Both the position numbers and the translations under genes were made by a program. Below are positions 1 to 11,900 of a DNA stretch of 24,768 bases, one piece after another (the first letter of the stretch is position 1; the number at the start of each line of letters is the position of its first letter). Source of the stretch: a virus. Its lineage: Duplodnaviria > Caudoviricetes. The notes below the pieces were generated by a model. It worked only from the letters and a program-made list of their open reading frames with translations. It was not told the origin of the DNA and did no database searches. Location of the stretch: IMG/VR virus record IMGVR_UViG_3300027627_000027, positions 1 through 24,768 of that record. One strand, written 5' to 3'.

Positions 1-73
1 GATTAAATGACTTTGCAACAAAGTCTATTTCGGATTCTTTTTTAAAAGATTGGAATTTTTTTTTAATTGCCAT
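1..73 (-). CDS. 5' part of a gene running off the left edge (MAIKKKFQSFKKESEIDFVAKSFN...)
   Basis: ATG at 73-71, frame open to position 1, same orientation as the rest of the arm. Too short to assign a function. Confidence 0.5.
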   Translation of the reverse strand, partial: MAIKKKFQSFKKESEIDFVAKSFN

Positions 74-129
74 GTTAAGCTTTCACTAAAGGGAGCTATA
101 TAAAGTAGTAGACCTTTTTGGTGATTTAA

Positions 130-321
130 TTAGCTTTCTTGCTTTAAACCTGGAAAAGTCTCTTTAATAATAATTGTTTTAATGGCTTCCAACATTCCTA
201 CCGTAGTGAGTGCATCGAAGTCACTTTTGTAAGACAAGTTTTGATCAGAAATTACAATCTCAATTTTAAACTCTTTTTGAACCTCTTGTATATTTTCGGT
301 AATGTTCATAGTATCGCTCAT
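130..321 (-). CDS. hypothetical protein, 63 aa
   Basis: ORF directly follows the upstream gene; AAGGA lies upstream of the ATG. Confidence 0.7.
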   Translation of the reverse strand: MSDTMNITENIQEVQKEFKIEIVISDQNLSYKSDFDALTTVGMLEAIKTIIIKETFPGLKQES

Positions 322-323
322 GT

Positions 324-530
324 TTATTTTCCTTTTGTTTGGTCTATTTGTGCCATTAACTGTTTAATGGTAGCTTCTTTAACTACTAATTCTGTCATAA
401 TTTGAGTTAATTTTTCCTGGAAACAAGCTAACACTAAGTTAATGTCCAAATTTGAATTATCCTGATTTTGGTTTGGTTGCATTAGTTCCTCGGATTTTGA
501 CTGTTCCTTAACTCCAAATAGTTTTGACAT
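324..530 (-). CDS. small coiled-coil hypothetical protein, about 68 aa
   Basis: ORF track starts at 551, but that overlaps the promoter spacer, so ATG 530 (MSKLFG) is preferred. C-terminus is heptad-like. Confidence 0.65.
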   Translation of the reverse strand: MSKLFGVKEQSKSEELMQPNQNQDNSNLDINLVLACFQEKLTQIMTELVVKEATIKQLMAQIDQTKGK

Positions 531-541
531 AATTGCAATAA

Positions 542-570
542 AGTATACCACAAAAAATGTTTAATTGCAA
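542..570 (-). promoter_or_regulatory. sigma70-type promoter with extended -10, nearly leaderless transcript
   Basis: TTGCAA (570-565), 17-nt spacer, TGg-TATACT (547-542). ATG at 530 lies 11 nt after the -10. Confidence 0.55.
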
Positions 571-585
571 TAAAGCATAAATATC

Positions 586-2274
586 TTATTCTAGTTCCGA
601 TATTCTATTTTCCAATTGATCTATCTTGGTGTATAGGTCCTGTATAAGCTTTAGCATTGGAGGAACAATTCCAACATAATTATATCCACGAATTTCACCA
701 TTAAGATAATGAACCACGGATGGATAATGCTCTTCAAGATCTTCTGCAATTAATCCGCAAATAATTTTATCCTTATTTTCTTCCTCTTCGCCAAGGTGAC
801 CCTGCTTATACTTAAACGTAACAACTGGAACGTTTAACAAATTCCTTGGATCAAAACTTTCAGTAGGTTCTCCCAAAATATCTTTAAATTTTCTTGAAGA
901 TCCTGCTTCAATTCCAAGTCTAATACTACCGCTACCACCACTAAAAACAGCTTGAAAGCCTGAAAATGATTGGACGTTTGCCGTGTCATAATATAAAGCA
1001 GAACGCGCTTCGTTGTCTATGTCTCCATCAATTCTTACATCTGATCTCATGACGACGCTATTCAAATTAGCGTCTCCCGTAACTGAATTCATTAAAAAGT
1101 TACCGTTGTTGGAGTTTAAATCTATGCCAGTAATGTTCCATCCACCTATAGTTCCAGAAGATGCTGAAAGACTTCCGCTAAAGGTGCCGCTGGCTCCCGA
1201 AATATTTCCGTTAAATGTGCCATCTACCCCATTAAGGGTCCCATCAATTTGAGCATCGACGCAAGTCATGTTGCCATTAGTGTCTACTTTAAATTTCGGG
1301 CTAGCTGTATTTGGTACATAAATATCACCAGCTTGTAGTCTTCCCTGAAAAGTTCCAGTAGCAGCAGAAAGAGAGCCGCTAAAAGTACCACCAGCAGCAG
1401 ATAAATTCCCTGTAAAAGTTAAATTAGTTCCATCAAAATACATGTACTTACTAGCTGACCCAACTTTAAAATCGCTTGATGAACTTGAGTCCGATGAGTC
1501 TCTTCTCCATCTATTGTTGGCATCAATAAAAACTGATCCTGCTTTAAGTGCCCCTCTAATAGAAGCCGAACTAAACTCTGCGTAACCGTCGCCACCAATA
1601 ACCCAACCAGTTGATCCGGCTGTCCATGTCGTTGAACCATTATTGTATGAGCCGTTGTAATTTGAAGATCTCAGTATAGCCATATTTGCGGGAGCACTAA
1701 TTGATGTTTGAGCACCCTGTTGCTTAAGAATTATTTCGTGTGCATTTATTGTTCCAGCAGTAATTTTTGACGCTGTTAAATTTCTAATATGAGAACTTTC
1801 AATTAATGAAGTTTCGCTTGACTCTTTTAACCCACTAGATGGCGTCCAAGCACTTTCGTTACCAGAAGTGTCAACTGTTTTTATTCTTCCATAATACTTT
1901 ACGTTTGTTTGTGCAGACGAATCATCTGTAGCTTGACTATTATTGGCAACATCAACGGTGAATACACTTGCTGTTGCAAAGCCATATGAGATCAAAGTTG
2001 CTCCAGCAGAATCCGAATAGAGTTCATATTTATATTTTTCTACATCCAGATCTGTAGTAGGCTCAAAGGTAAACATGACTGACTTATAATTACCGTATAT
2101 AAAGAATGTGTTATTGTCTATAGCTCCTGGAATCGTAGCATCTGTAGGAGTTAAGAATCTTATAGTAGGATAGGGATTATCAATTGCAGATAGTTCTGTG
2201 TTTTTTGATTTTAAAGATACAAGATAATTTTGGTTTGGTTTTAATCCAGTTATCTTTTTTATAATTTTTGCCAT
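586..2274 (-). CDS. tail fibre/spike protein with C-terminal intramolecular chaperone (peptidase S74-like), 562 aa
   Basis: FN3-like N-terminus (YYGRIKTVDTSGNESAWT), ASKITAGTINA motif, repeated GTFSGSLSAA units, C-terminal SSRKFK...TFKYK...GLIAEDL...VPPMLKLIQDL and a coiled coil. Confidence 0.85.
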   Translation of the reverse strand: MAKIIKKITGLKPNQNYLVSLKSKNTELSAIDNPYPTIRFLTPTDATIPGAIDNNTFFIYGNYKSVMFTFEPTTDLDVEKYKYELYSDSAGATLISYGFATASVFTVDVANNSQATDDSSAQTNVKYYGRIKTVDTSGNESAWTPSSGLKESSETSLIESSHIRNLTASKITAGTINAHEIILKQQGAQTSISAPANMAILRSSNYNGSYNNGSTTWTAGSTGWVIGGDGYAEFSSASIRGALKAGSVFIDANNRWRRDSSDSSSSSDFKVGSASKYMYFDGTNLTFTGNLSAAGGTFSGSLSAATGTFQGRLQAGDIYVPNTASPKFKVDTNGNMTCVDAQIDGTLNGVDGTFNGNISGASGTFSGSLSASSGTIGGWNITGIDLNSNNGNFLMNSVTGDANLNSVVMRSDVRIDGDIDNEARSALYYDTANVQSFSGFQAVFSGGSGSIRLGIEAGSSRKFKDILGEPTESFDPRNLLNVPVVTFKYKQGHLGEEEENKDKIICGLIAEDLEEHYPSVVHYLNGEIRGYNYVGIVPPMLKLIQDLYTKIDQLENRISELE

Positions 2275-3251
2275 TATTTTATTCCTCCCATTGTTTTAAA
2301 TGCTAAATCTGTTTTAATTTCTTCAGAATCAAATTGCAGTTCATAATTTTTAGAAAAACTATATTTTATCACATTGGCGCCAATTGACGAAGCTGATTTA
2401 TTTTTTGAATTTAATACAGTTATTTCAAAATAAAATTCCCCATACAATTCCTCATAAGTAGAAAACAAGAGTTCTTCTTGCATATCTAAACTGTATACGA
2501 GCTCTCCCTCCAGCGGAGTTGCAGAATATAAATCAATTTCAATATTTTCTTTTACTACTTTTTGACCTTCTCCAGAAGCAGAAGCTTTGATTATTTTTAA
2601 AGAAAAAATTCCAGAAGATCTATTTTTATCTGAATAAATTTTTAATCTTGGTCCATTGAACGGTGCAACCAACTTAGCTCCCGAAGATGATGATTGACCA
2701 TTTAACCAAACTTCTTTATTTCCCAAAAATCCTAAAGCCGCTACTCTATTATTGGAATTAGAATAAACTTCTGTTGAAAAATAGTTAATAGACTTTAAAG
2801 AATTTTGAGACAGTGTTGCAATAAAGTTTTCTTGCGAACCACCAAATGTAGAAGTATATTGCCCAGATTGTAAGGCAACGTACTGAATATTATTTTTGTG
2901 ATAATAAATATAATAATTACCAGATGGTTTAGAGCCAGGATCTACTGCTGTAAGTGATTTGAACCATAGATTTTTTTTATAAAATTCACTAGACTCTGAA
3001 TCAACTATTAAGTTAAAAGTTGGAGTTTTTGACGATGCGTCTTCGTAGACCACTATGTAGGCATCTGTGTCAAAGCTCGATTTAATCAATCCATCTTGCA
3101 GATAATAATATCTTCCTATATCTACATTGCCTAGATTTACATGAATCCAGTCGCCTATCTTGAGCTTTTCTGATAAATCGGGAAAAACTATTAGCCTTCT
3201 AACTGGGGCAAACTCTTCTTTGGTCCCTACAAAATATTTAAACCAGGTCAT
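2274..3251 (-). CDS. putative tail/structural protein, 325 aa
   Basis: Long ORF coupled to the tail fibre gene by a TAATG overlap; beta-rich composition. Function inferred from position only. Confidence 0.65.
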   Translation of the reverse strand: MTWFKYFVGTKEEFAPVRRLIVFPDLSEKLKIGDWIHVNLGNVDIGRYYYLQDGLIKSSFDTDAYIVVYEDASSKTPTFNLIVDSESSEFYKKNLWFKSLTAVDPGSKPSGNYYIYYHKNNIQYVALQSGQYTSTFGGSQENFIATLSQNSLKSINYFSTEVYSNSNNRVAALGFLGNKEVWLNGQSSSSGAKLVAPFNGPRLKIYSDKNRSSGIFSLKIIKASASGEGQKVVKENIEIDLYSATPLEGELVYSLDMQEELLFSTYEELYGEFYFEITVLNSKNKSASSIGANVIKYSFSKNYELQFDSEEIKTDLAFKTMGGIK

Positions 3252-3253
3252 AA

Positions 3254-4826
3254 TTATATCTCATTATAGAGTATTTCAAACTCATAGCTATTTATCTTAT
3301 CGTCTTCAATGTCTATTTCGATGGTAGCATCAAAAGATATGCCTCCGCCAATCAATAGCGACTGACTAAAATCAGAAATTCTAATATTGCCATATGGATT
3401 AATAGAAGAACTATAATATTCTTCTCTTGCTGTTTCGTAGTCAATACTATTTGCATTAATTAAACTAGATCCATCTGATCCAGAATGTCGATGATTCGGT
3501 ATATCTATTCCAGCTATAGTTGCACCTTCTGCCATCTGTATCTGCCCTGTAATTATCCCGCCAGCTTTTTTTAAATACTGGGGATGAGAATCTTCCTCTA
3601 AATCATCCAATTGTGAATGAGAAGCCATCAAGCTTTCTTTGCGGTCAGAATCAATAGGAATATTTCTATAAATATCTTTATATATATTTAAATTTGTGTC
3701 TTTAGTAGCAACAAGAACTTTTACTCTTTTTACCGCTTTTGATTCTAGCTGAGTGATGTAATTTACGTATCTTCTTTTTAGAACTGTTAGCTCAATAAGA
3801 GCTTCCATCTTTTTTCCAAATTGATTTCTTCTTTCAATAAAATCAGTTGAAACAGAACCTAAATTTCCCGTAACGGCGTTATTTGCAATGACTACTTCTC
3901 CAAAAAGTATTGGACATTGAGAGTTCATTTTTGTTGTAGTGAAATCAAATATAAGTGGCTCAACAACTTTAGATTTAAAAGTTACTGCAGGCAATAAATA
4001 GTTTTCATAAAAAACTGTTGCTGTATCAACACAATCTCTTTTTAAAGAATTTAATATAGATATTATTTCTGATGTATAAGAATTTACTTTGATCGAAAAA
4101 AAAGCTTGAAGTTGCATGGCTTGTTTTTGAGAGATTTGATCCAATTCGGATTCTGGAATTGAGGATGGCGAGGTTGTGACTTCTGCGGCAAGTTGTTTCG
4201 TATAGTGCGCTGCAGTTTGTGCCCAGTCTGATAGTTGTTTTGCAATTTCCCCTTCTGATTCATTTCTGTACCTCTCTTCAAATTGATGAATGACTATGTT
4301 TTGAATAAGTCTTATTTCGTTTTTGATATAGCTAAGCATTTTTCTTATTTCAAATAAATGACCAAATGAAGTATGATTTATTATCAGATCATACTGTTTA
4401 ACTAGCTCTCTACAAGCTCTTGACAAATACATGCTGGCAAAAATATATTCATCAAAAGTAATATAATCTGGTTTTGGTAAGGTTTTTGCTTTTTCTGAAC
4501 TTTTTAATACTTGTGCCCAAACAGCTTTGTGGGCACCATCTAGCTCAACAGAAACATAGGGATTAATGTTGACTTGATCTAAATTTTTTTCAACTTCAGA
4601 TAAAAGTTGATTTGCTATAAACTCACAATAATAAACATTATTTCTAACGTCTTTTATTGATGTTTGAGAAAATGAGTCAGAATATTTTTGGCCACTTTGT
4701 CCGATTAGAAGAATCCATTAAATGGTTTATTCTATCTCCTACGGAAGAAAAAGTAGATACATCGCTGGGTTTATCCGAAAAGATGTTTTCAATTGCGTTA
4801 CTTTCACCCAAACCATATTTTGCCAT
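3254..4826 (-). CDS. putative structural protein, 523 aa if the +1 shift at CGG 4703 is read
   Basis: ATG 4826 sits 2 nt after the terminase stop. 41 codons, then AAT-C-GGA joins a frame open to 3254 that includes the 392-aa track ORF. Contains SHSQLDDLEEDSHPQYL and NHRHSGSDG motifs of the kind seen in phage tail proteins. Confidence 0.75.
4700..4703 (-). other. +1 frame-change site (AAT CGGA CAA)
   Basis: In-frame CGG within an approximately 38-nt window bounded by stops in both frames (TAA 4720-4718, TGA 4679-4677). Confidence 0.75.
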
Positions 4827-4828
4827 GT

Positions 4829-6706
4829 TTAAAATGTCTTTCTTTTAATTGTGCCATTTGGTTTTTTTAAAAAGGATTTTTTTGTACCAAACTTTACTGG
4901 TGCAAGTTTATCAGCTCTTCCTGATAGTATTGCGCTATTTGATGGAAAATCTTTATCTTTTGAATCTTTTGCATTCGGCATAAAAAAAGTATTTGAGAAT
5001 GACTCTGTATTTGTTGCAAATTTTACTTTATGTAAATCGCTATAGTTTTCTGTTATAGCAAGAAGTGCAAGCATCAGTGCATCGTGCGCGTGATCCACGG
5101 CTGATCCACCAGCCTCAAAAACTGGTCTACCAGTTTGAGTAGTCCTTAAAACGACATAAGATATAAGTTGCATATACATCTCTGTATCTTTTTCTGAAAT
5201 CAACAATACTTCTCTTTCTAAAAACTGCCTTAAATTATCAACCATATACGGTTTAATTTCTTTTTTAACTATTTGTTTTGTATACGGATCTCTAACTTCT
5301 GTTGTTTCACTAAAGCTTATGCCTTTAACTTTTTCTCTTAGCCCACTGATCGGATTTTCAACTCCGTGTTTATGCAAAAGCTCTACTTGAACTTCTCCAT
5401 ATCCTCTGTCAACATAAATATGTTTTGGATTAAAGATATTGTTTAATTCTATTATTCTTGAAACTGCTTTTGTTAAAGTATATTCAGATCTTTCAATTTC
5501 TTCTCTGTAACACAACTTAACTTTATTTTTAAAAGTTTCATCTTCATAAGACTCGGAACATGCTTCTACTACAACTATGTTTGTTCCTGCTCCGTACTTA
5601 TCCCAGTCAACTCCTATGGTGTGAAAACTTCTTGCTGAACTAATTTCAGGAATGTAGCTCCAGCCTGGATCAAAGAAGGCTCTATCAACAAATTTTCTTG
5701 GATAAACCCCTTCTGCGTCCTCTCCCCAGTCAGCTTCAATTTCATGCCTATATCCTATCTCTGAATATTGCTCTCTAAATTCATCCTCTTGTTCTTTTGA
5801 AAAAAATGGATTACAATAAGATGGAAACCAAAATTCTTGGAATCTATCTGATCTACACCACTCCCAAAATCTTTCTCGTCTTCCAGTCGGCGTTGATGCT
5901 CCTATTAGAACTTTGTCTGGTTGATCTTCTGCTGTTTTTTGAAGCATTGCGTAGAGTGCATCAAGATCATCCGTGTGCATATAGTCCATTTCGTCAAGGA
6001 CTATAACATGTGCTTCTTGGCCACGAGCTACGTCTGACTTTCCTCCAGATCTCATTCCTGAAGTAAAAAATCTTATAGTTGAACCATTAGAAAACTGCAT
6101 CATAAACTGAGGACTAGTGACTTTTCTGGTTATGGAATTCAGAACAATATCATTTTTTGAAGCTAGCCTAACTATTTCCTGATATATTAATTCTACTTGA
6201 GTTTTCATAGGTGCAACTACTAAACATCTGCCGTCTTTATTCGTGTAGCTGTAGTGTAGCAATGCTACAGCCATACTAAATGTTTTTCCTAAACGACGAC
6301 CAGCTCTTAAAACTTTTCTCAAAGATGGATCTCTAAGTATCAAGGTTTGGTATACTCGAGTTTCTGCGCCCAAAAAATGCTTAGCCCAAACACATGGATC
6401 TTTGGCAATATGAATCTGTCTCTGCTGCTCAGCTGATATACCTGACTCAAGAAGATCGGAATCAATTTCAAAAGGCTCATCAATCAAAAGAGCTAACTCT
6501 CTTTTTGACAAAGGTCTTTCTTTTATAGGACTTCCATCGGGTGATGTTAAGTGACTTAACTTATTTTGAAAAACCCATTCAATTCTATTTATCTGTTTAT
6601 AATATTCTACGTCTTGATTTTTAATTATTTCTAGTAGATCTTCTCTAGACAATTTTTCTAACTGTTTTCTAAACGCAACAGTTTTTTGCTTAAGTATTGA
6701 AGACAT
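4829..6706 (-). CDS. terL: terminase large subunit, 625 aa
   Basis: Walker A-like RAGRRLGKT, Walker B VIVLDEMD, coupling motif ASTPTG, RNase H-like nuclease motifs IGVDWD, YVDRGYG and DHAHDALMLA. Confidence 0.92.
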   Translation of the reverse strand: MSSILKQKTVAFRKQLEKLSREDLLEIIKNQDVEYYKQINRIEWVFQNKLSHLTSPDGSPIKERPLSKRELALLIDEPFEIDSDLLESGISAEQQRQIHIAKDPCVWAKHFLGAETRVYQTLILRDPSLRKVLRAGRRLGKTFSMAVALLHYSYTNKDGRCLVVAPMKTQVELIYQEIVRLASKNDIVLNSITRKVTSPQFMMQFSNGSTIRFFTSGMRSGGKSDVARGQEAHVIVLDEMDYMHTDDLDALYAMLQKTAEDQPDKVLIGASTPTGRRERFWEWCRSDRFQEFWFPSYCNPFFSKEQEDEFREQYSEIGYRHEIEADWGEDAEGVYPRKFVDRAFFDPGWSYIPEISSARSFHTIGVDWDKYGAGTNIVVVEACSESYEDETFKNKVKLCYREEIERSEYTLTKAVSRIIELNNIFNPKHIYVDRGYGEVQVELLHKHGVENPISGLREKVKGISFSETTEVRDPYTKQIVKKEIKPYMVDNLRQFLEREVLLISEKDTEMYMQLISYVVLRTTQTGRPVFEAGGSAVDHAHDALMLALLAITENYSDLHKVKFATNTESFSNTFFMPNAKDSKDKDFPSNSAILSGRADKLAPVKFGTKKSFLKKPNGTIKRKTF

Positions 6707-6708
6707 AA

Positions 6709-8295
6709 TTATCCATAGTGTGCCGCTAACATTGAGCCCTCTGCGCCAAGTAAACTTCTTGCGTTAAGTCTTGAATTTTGTATAGCCATAACTCCTCTAG
6801 ACCTTGATGTTGCAGCAACTTCATTATCTTTAAATCCTGCTCCAAACATTGGTTTATTTATTGTTCCCTGCATAGATTTTAGCGCATCTTTGGCAAAATT
6901 TACACCCTTTACAGCTATTTTTCCTGCACCTTTAGCTAAATCATACATTAATTGACCAGTAGCTAAAACATTTAATGGAGCCATCGCTGCGCCACCAATT
7001 CTTGCAACGCCCATTGCCGCAAATTTAGCTCCAACAACTCTTGAGCCACCCGCAACAGCATATTGCCTTGCCATATTTATTTGTTTTACGCCACCTGCAA
7101 CTTGCTTACTAAATCCTCCTGAATATTTACCGCCAACACTCATGCTTCTTGTGTATCGAGCCATTGCAGTAGCCCCATCGTCACCAAATCCAGCAAGTCC
7201 TCTTACAACATTGTTTGCCACGTTTGTTTGTCCAAGCGTCATTTCAGCAGCATTCATTATTCCTAAATATCCCTTAGTAAGTCTATTGCTTAGAATTCCT
7301 GTAGTCATTGACTCAGCAACAACTTTAGATGGATTGGCGAATAAAGCTGCTCTTCTTGTCGCTGCTGCGGCATTTAGAGTAGCCGTCGTGCTACTTCCTG
7401 CTGCTCTTACGCTTAACCTTAAAGCGTCATCTGTTACCATTCCAGCTGGAGCCAATCTTGCCATTGCCCTTACATTTGATCTTGCAAATTGCGCTTGCAA
7501 CTTGGTTGCTTGCGTATTAGCTAATACTGAAGCTCCTGGATTTGCAAGATTCTGAACTTTAGCAATATTTGCTATTGTACTAGCTCTTGAAGCACTGGCT
7601 TTATTGTATCTAGCTAACGAAAATTTGCTAGATCCTGGACCTTTTGCAATAATATTTTCTATAGTATTAAGTTTATTTAAAGATGATATTCTTCCTAAAA
7701 CTCCACCAGAAAAAGCTTTATCTTTAGTTGAATCAAAACCCGTCATACCTAGTCTTGCTTGAGCTCTTGCAGACTTTCCAACAATACCATTGACTATTCC
7801 AGATGTACTTTGAAATGGAGTGTACCCCTTGGCGCTATCTCCAGTTAAAGCTCTTAAGCTATGAAACCTATTTAATGATCTTGGGGATATATTATTTGCT
7901 GCTGATGGACCTACTAATGCATTCTTACCTTTGTTGACTTTGCTTTGTGCATATTTTCTAAAAATTCCTTTGCCACCAACAAACTGTTGAGCAGTAGTTG
8001 GTGCCGCATTTCTTCCAATCATTGCACTAGTTCTTTGGGCTCTACGAAGTTTTCTTCCTTGAGCTCCTGCAGCTACGTCAAATCTTCCACCTTTTTCCAA
8101 AGTATTTGCATATCTTCTTGCATTAAATAATGCCGCAGTTGTTACCCCAGGTAACGACTCCGCTAAATCAAAAAAGAATGGTACGTCTGCGTCTGCTTTT
8201 GCGGCTGCACGCATGGCCATTCCAGCATTCATGTTCTGCGGATCGTAAGAAGCTCCGCCGTAATCGACCTCACCGGTCAGTGGATTAAGTGGCAC
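6709..8295 (-). CDS. basic Ala/Gly-rich protein, 528 aa, putative internal virion/ejection protein
   Basis: GTG start overlaps the upstream TAG; uninterrupted ORF. Function inferred from composition and context. Confidence 0.7.
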   Translation of the reverse strand: MPLNPLTGEVDYGGASYDPQNMNAGMAMRAAAKADADVPFFFDLAESLPGVTTAALFNARRYANTLEKGGRFDVAAGAQGRKLRRAQRTSAMIGRNAAPTTAQQFVGGKGIFRKYAQSKVNKGKNALVGPSAANNISPRSLNRFHSLRALTGDSAKGYTPFQSTSGIVNGIVGKSARAQARLGMTGFDSTKDKAFSGGVLGRISSLNKLNTIENIIAKGPGSSKFSLARYNKASASRASTIANIAKVQNLANPGASVLANTQATKLQAQFARSNVRAMARLAPAGMVTDDALRLSVRAAGSSTTATLNAAAATRRAALFANPSKVVAESMTTGILSNRLTKGYLGIMNAAEMTLGQTNVANNVVRGLAGFGDDGATAMARYTRSMSVGGKYSGGFSKQVAGGVKQINMARQYAVAGGSRVVGAKFAAMGVARIGGAAMAPLNVLATGQLMYDLAKGAGKIAVKGVNFAKDALKSMQGTINKPMFGAGFKDNEVAATSRSRGVMAIQNSRLNARSLLGAEGSMLAAHYG

Positions 8296-8922
8296 TATCC
8301 TCTCCTCTGATTATGCATTCCTAAAACTATGTTTCCACTTGCATTTAATCTTTGAGCGGTTAAAGCCGAATGATTGTAGAAAGGTGACTCACCCATTATT
8401 TGTCTATTAGTCTTAGCTGTTCTAAAAGCTTGAGTACCTGCACCAATAGCCCCCGCAGCGCCACCACCAAATGCCCCAATTCCTGCGCCTATAATAGCTC
8501 CCTTAACTCCAGCCTTGCCATATCCTAAAGCTGCTCCTGCCACTGCCCCCACTGTTCCAATTCCTGCTGCTGAACGAACTGGATTTTTAGCACCAACTCC
8601 AAATCTTGCAGCATTTGCTCCTCTTGCCGTAGAACCAATGAGTCCAGGAGCCCTTGCGCCAGCATACAACCCTGCAGTTAAGTCGGTGCCTAAAACTGCT
8701 CTATCGGCTTGTGGGTCACCAAAGGCTACGTCCATGCCCGCATCTATTGTAGCTGGAACAACCGTATCGCCAAATCCTCTTATTCCCTTGTAGCCAATAT
8801 ATGCTCCGAGCTAACCCAGCACCTACTTTTTTGTTTCCCAAAAACTTTCCTGCTCCAGAATTTAAACCTCTACGCACAGTGCTATTTCGAGTAAGATTTC
8901 TGCCTATTGATGATAATCTCAT
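8295..8922 (-). CDS. Gly/Ala-rich glycine-zipper protein, 208 aa if the +1 shift at CGG 8808 is read
   Basis: Track ORFs 8716-8922 and 8295-8735 join as KKVGAGLA-G-AYIGYKGIRGFGDTVVPATIDAGMDVAFG. GxxxG hydrophobic repeats (GAVAGAALGYG, GAIIGAGIGAFG). Confidence 0.75.
8805..8808 (-). other. +1 frame-change site (GCT CGGA GCA)
   Basis: The new frame has a TAG two codons upstream, so this CGG is at the start of the allowed window. Confidence 0.75.
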
Positions 8923-8925
8923 TTT

Positions 8926-11900
8926 TTATGCTCCGAATAAATGATTGTATTTATCTGTTCCCATTTTGTGATGAGAGGATTTATTTCTATCTAAATTTCC
9001 AACTACACCAGCAGTAACAAGTGGATCTCTTCTGGAAGAAGTTTGACCCGCTAACTTTTGATCAACATCATTAAAATCTGATATAGAAAGAGGACCTGGC
9101 TCAAAATCCTGTTCTTCCATAACCTCATCGTAAAGGTTGTCTTTTTTACCTTTTGTAGCTATATAGTAACCAGCACTTAGTGCTCCCACAGCAATAGCAG
9201 CTTTATAAGCTTTTGGTTTTATTCTTGTCATTTTTGCTCGCAAACTTATATCCCTAGACGCTCTTGGGGACCTCATGAAGTTTGAACCTGCTGATTGATG
9301 ACGTGCGCGCACCCTCTCTTCAAAACCTGCATCGTCAACACTTCTCCTTACAGCTCCTTGCAAATATCCAACTTGATCAGTAGGGTTAGATGTTCTAATT
9401 AAAGAATCAGCAAAGTCGCCACCAATTCTTCGCAAATCAGCAATTTGTTCATCTGAACGCCTTACCGCAAGAGAGATACCATCCTCATTATAATCGCCAA
9501 TACCGAAATCACCAACTATTTGTTGCATCAATAAGTCGTTATCTATACCACCAGTAACGTCTTCAATTATGCCAGCAACTTTTGCTGCTACGCCTCCAGT
9601 ACCGCCGTAATTGTTCCGACAATCCTCCAATATTCACACCTCTTGTAGCCATCTTGTCTGTAAACTTGGCAATCATTTCTTCTCTTTTTGATAGATCAAA
9701 CCCGCTAAACTTTTTAATATTATCTAGAGCAGCCTCTTCACTTTGGGCATATCCAGCTTGAATCATTGCCTCAGGAGTTTTTAATTCTTTCATGCTCATT
9801 ACGGCATCAAAAAGTGTCTCTGCCTGCTTGCGCGCTGCTGCAATCGCATTTGCTGTTGGCATTTTATCTCCAATAGAACCACCAAAAATAACGTTTACTG
9901 TTGGTGTTAAATCTGCGCTTCTTGTAGCAACGGAAAGTCTAACTTTTTGTTGTCGCAAAGCTTGAACCATAGATATTTCTTGACCTGATTTATCTAATGT
10001 TTTCATTTTTTCTATTAGCTTAAAAGGAATTGATACAACGCTATCTGTAATTGATAAAACTTTTTGAGTCTTCGTATGTACTATCCCCAAATCACTGAGT
10101 AGTGGCATAATCCTTGATATATTCTCTCTATTTGCACCAACTGCGCCTGTCAACAAATCCTGGCCAACATAATCTGCGCTTCTTTCAATTAGTGCCCCTG
10201 TAGCGTCTCGCTCAAAAGCAAGAGCGCCTTTTATGAGACCAAAATTCGTTGCTCCAACTTGAGAAGTTGCTGCAGACATAGAAACAACAGCACTCCTAGC
10301 AGCAGGATTCATTGAAGCTGCAGTAATTCCCGCACTATTCAATAAACTATTATAGTCTTTGCTAATTGTTTGGCCAATGCTCTGCAAAGGATGTCTGATC
10401 GGTATTCCCGATCCAGACATGTGGGCTGCCGCCCCTTCTGAATAGCCTAGCTGAGAGTTGGTTGCTGTTATGCCATCTAAAAATACTTCCTCATTGTCTT
10501 TTATCAATGTAGAAATCATTGATGGATCGACACCTTCTCCTACACGAATTGGAGACGCACTGCCCGAACTAAGAAGCTCTCTTAAATCGTGAGTATTTGT
10601 CATCTGAACAGGATTAATTCCAGTAGACATTATGACCGAACTTCTAGGAGAAGTATCTAATTTTGCATCCTCAATACTAAGATTTTTTTGTCTTGTTGAT
10701 CTAATTTCTGATCTTAAATACGTTTCCGCCGTATCTTGACTTAGTGGTATAGGCTCACTAATGTCACGGCTTTTAAACACATAAGACCCTAGACTCTCAT
10801 CGTACCCTATTATGCCTCTTGTGTCAGCAGGTGCCCTAGACGTCGCTAATCCACGTGCTCGAAAAGAATCAATTGCACCAAATGTATCTTCTATTTCTAC
10901 TTTCCTTAAAGCTTCAGGAGTATTAAGTAAATAATCTAATGATGATTCAGTTAAATATTTTACATCGGCAATGTTTGTTGTTGCCGTCATTGCTTTTGCG
11001 CCACCAATATTTCTTCTTGCTTTAACAATTTGGGCCGTTAACTCTGGGTCGAGCCCAAAGTCCACTTCTGAATCCCTTAATTGAATTCCGATCAGTTGTA
11101 AGCATTTCCTTAGCTAATAATCTGGTAACAGTATTATCCACTTCGTCTATGTGAGAACCTGATACTGAAGAAAGGGTTTTAATTAGATCAAGTCCCTCTG
11201 TGTCGCCACGGCGAGCTATTCTTTCTAAAAGATCTGTCGACTCAAGAATATTTTCCAAACCAAAAGGTCTTACTGCCTCACCTACCATACCAGCTCTAAA
11301 AAGTGCTTGCGGAGAAAGTAGTGATTGCACTGCTTCAAGCGCCGTTGCCCCAACGTCATCCCCTCTTGCAACCGATGCTTTTACTCTTTCTGAAACTTGA
11401 CCACCAAGACTGCTTTTAACCATTTCTAATATGTCTACTACTCCGCCATTTGCCATTCTTGTCTCAAATCTTTCTAACAATTCTACTGAAGCCTTATCGT
11501 TCATGAACTCAGGAATCATTCTTGCGGAATCAGCCAACATACTCACGTCAAATTTTGCATTATACGCAACAAAAAATGCATCCCCTTCACTAAATAGTTG
11601 AAATTTTGCTTTATAAAATTTTGCTGCTTCAGTTCGTCCACCAGAAGTTGCTAAATCAAATTTTGGAAGCTCACTAGTCAGTCTAGTCCCCATATCCGTT
11701 TCCCTGCGTATTACCGCCTCTCCAAGAGATGTAACTCGATTTAATCCCGAAGGGTCTGCAGCAACATACGCTGACATTCCTGGAGTATTAAATCTTGCAC
11801 CCAGGTCTACTGTTCCAGTTGTATTTATTGTTCTTGTTGATGTATCCAAAGTTGTTTCTCTAATTGAAACTGATCTAACCATATCCCCTCGAGCAATACC

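Noticed and set aside
4829-6706. Intein, intron or stop-codon reassignment in terminase and other long genes
   Set aside because: Motif spacing is continuous, and the breaks elsewhere are frame changes rather than in-frame TAG or TGA.
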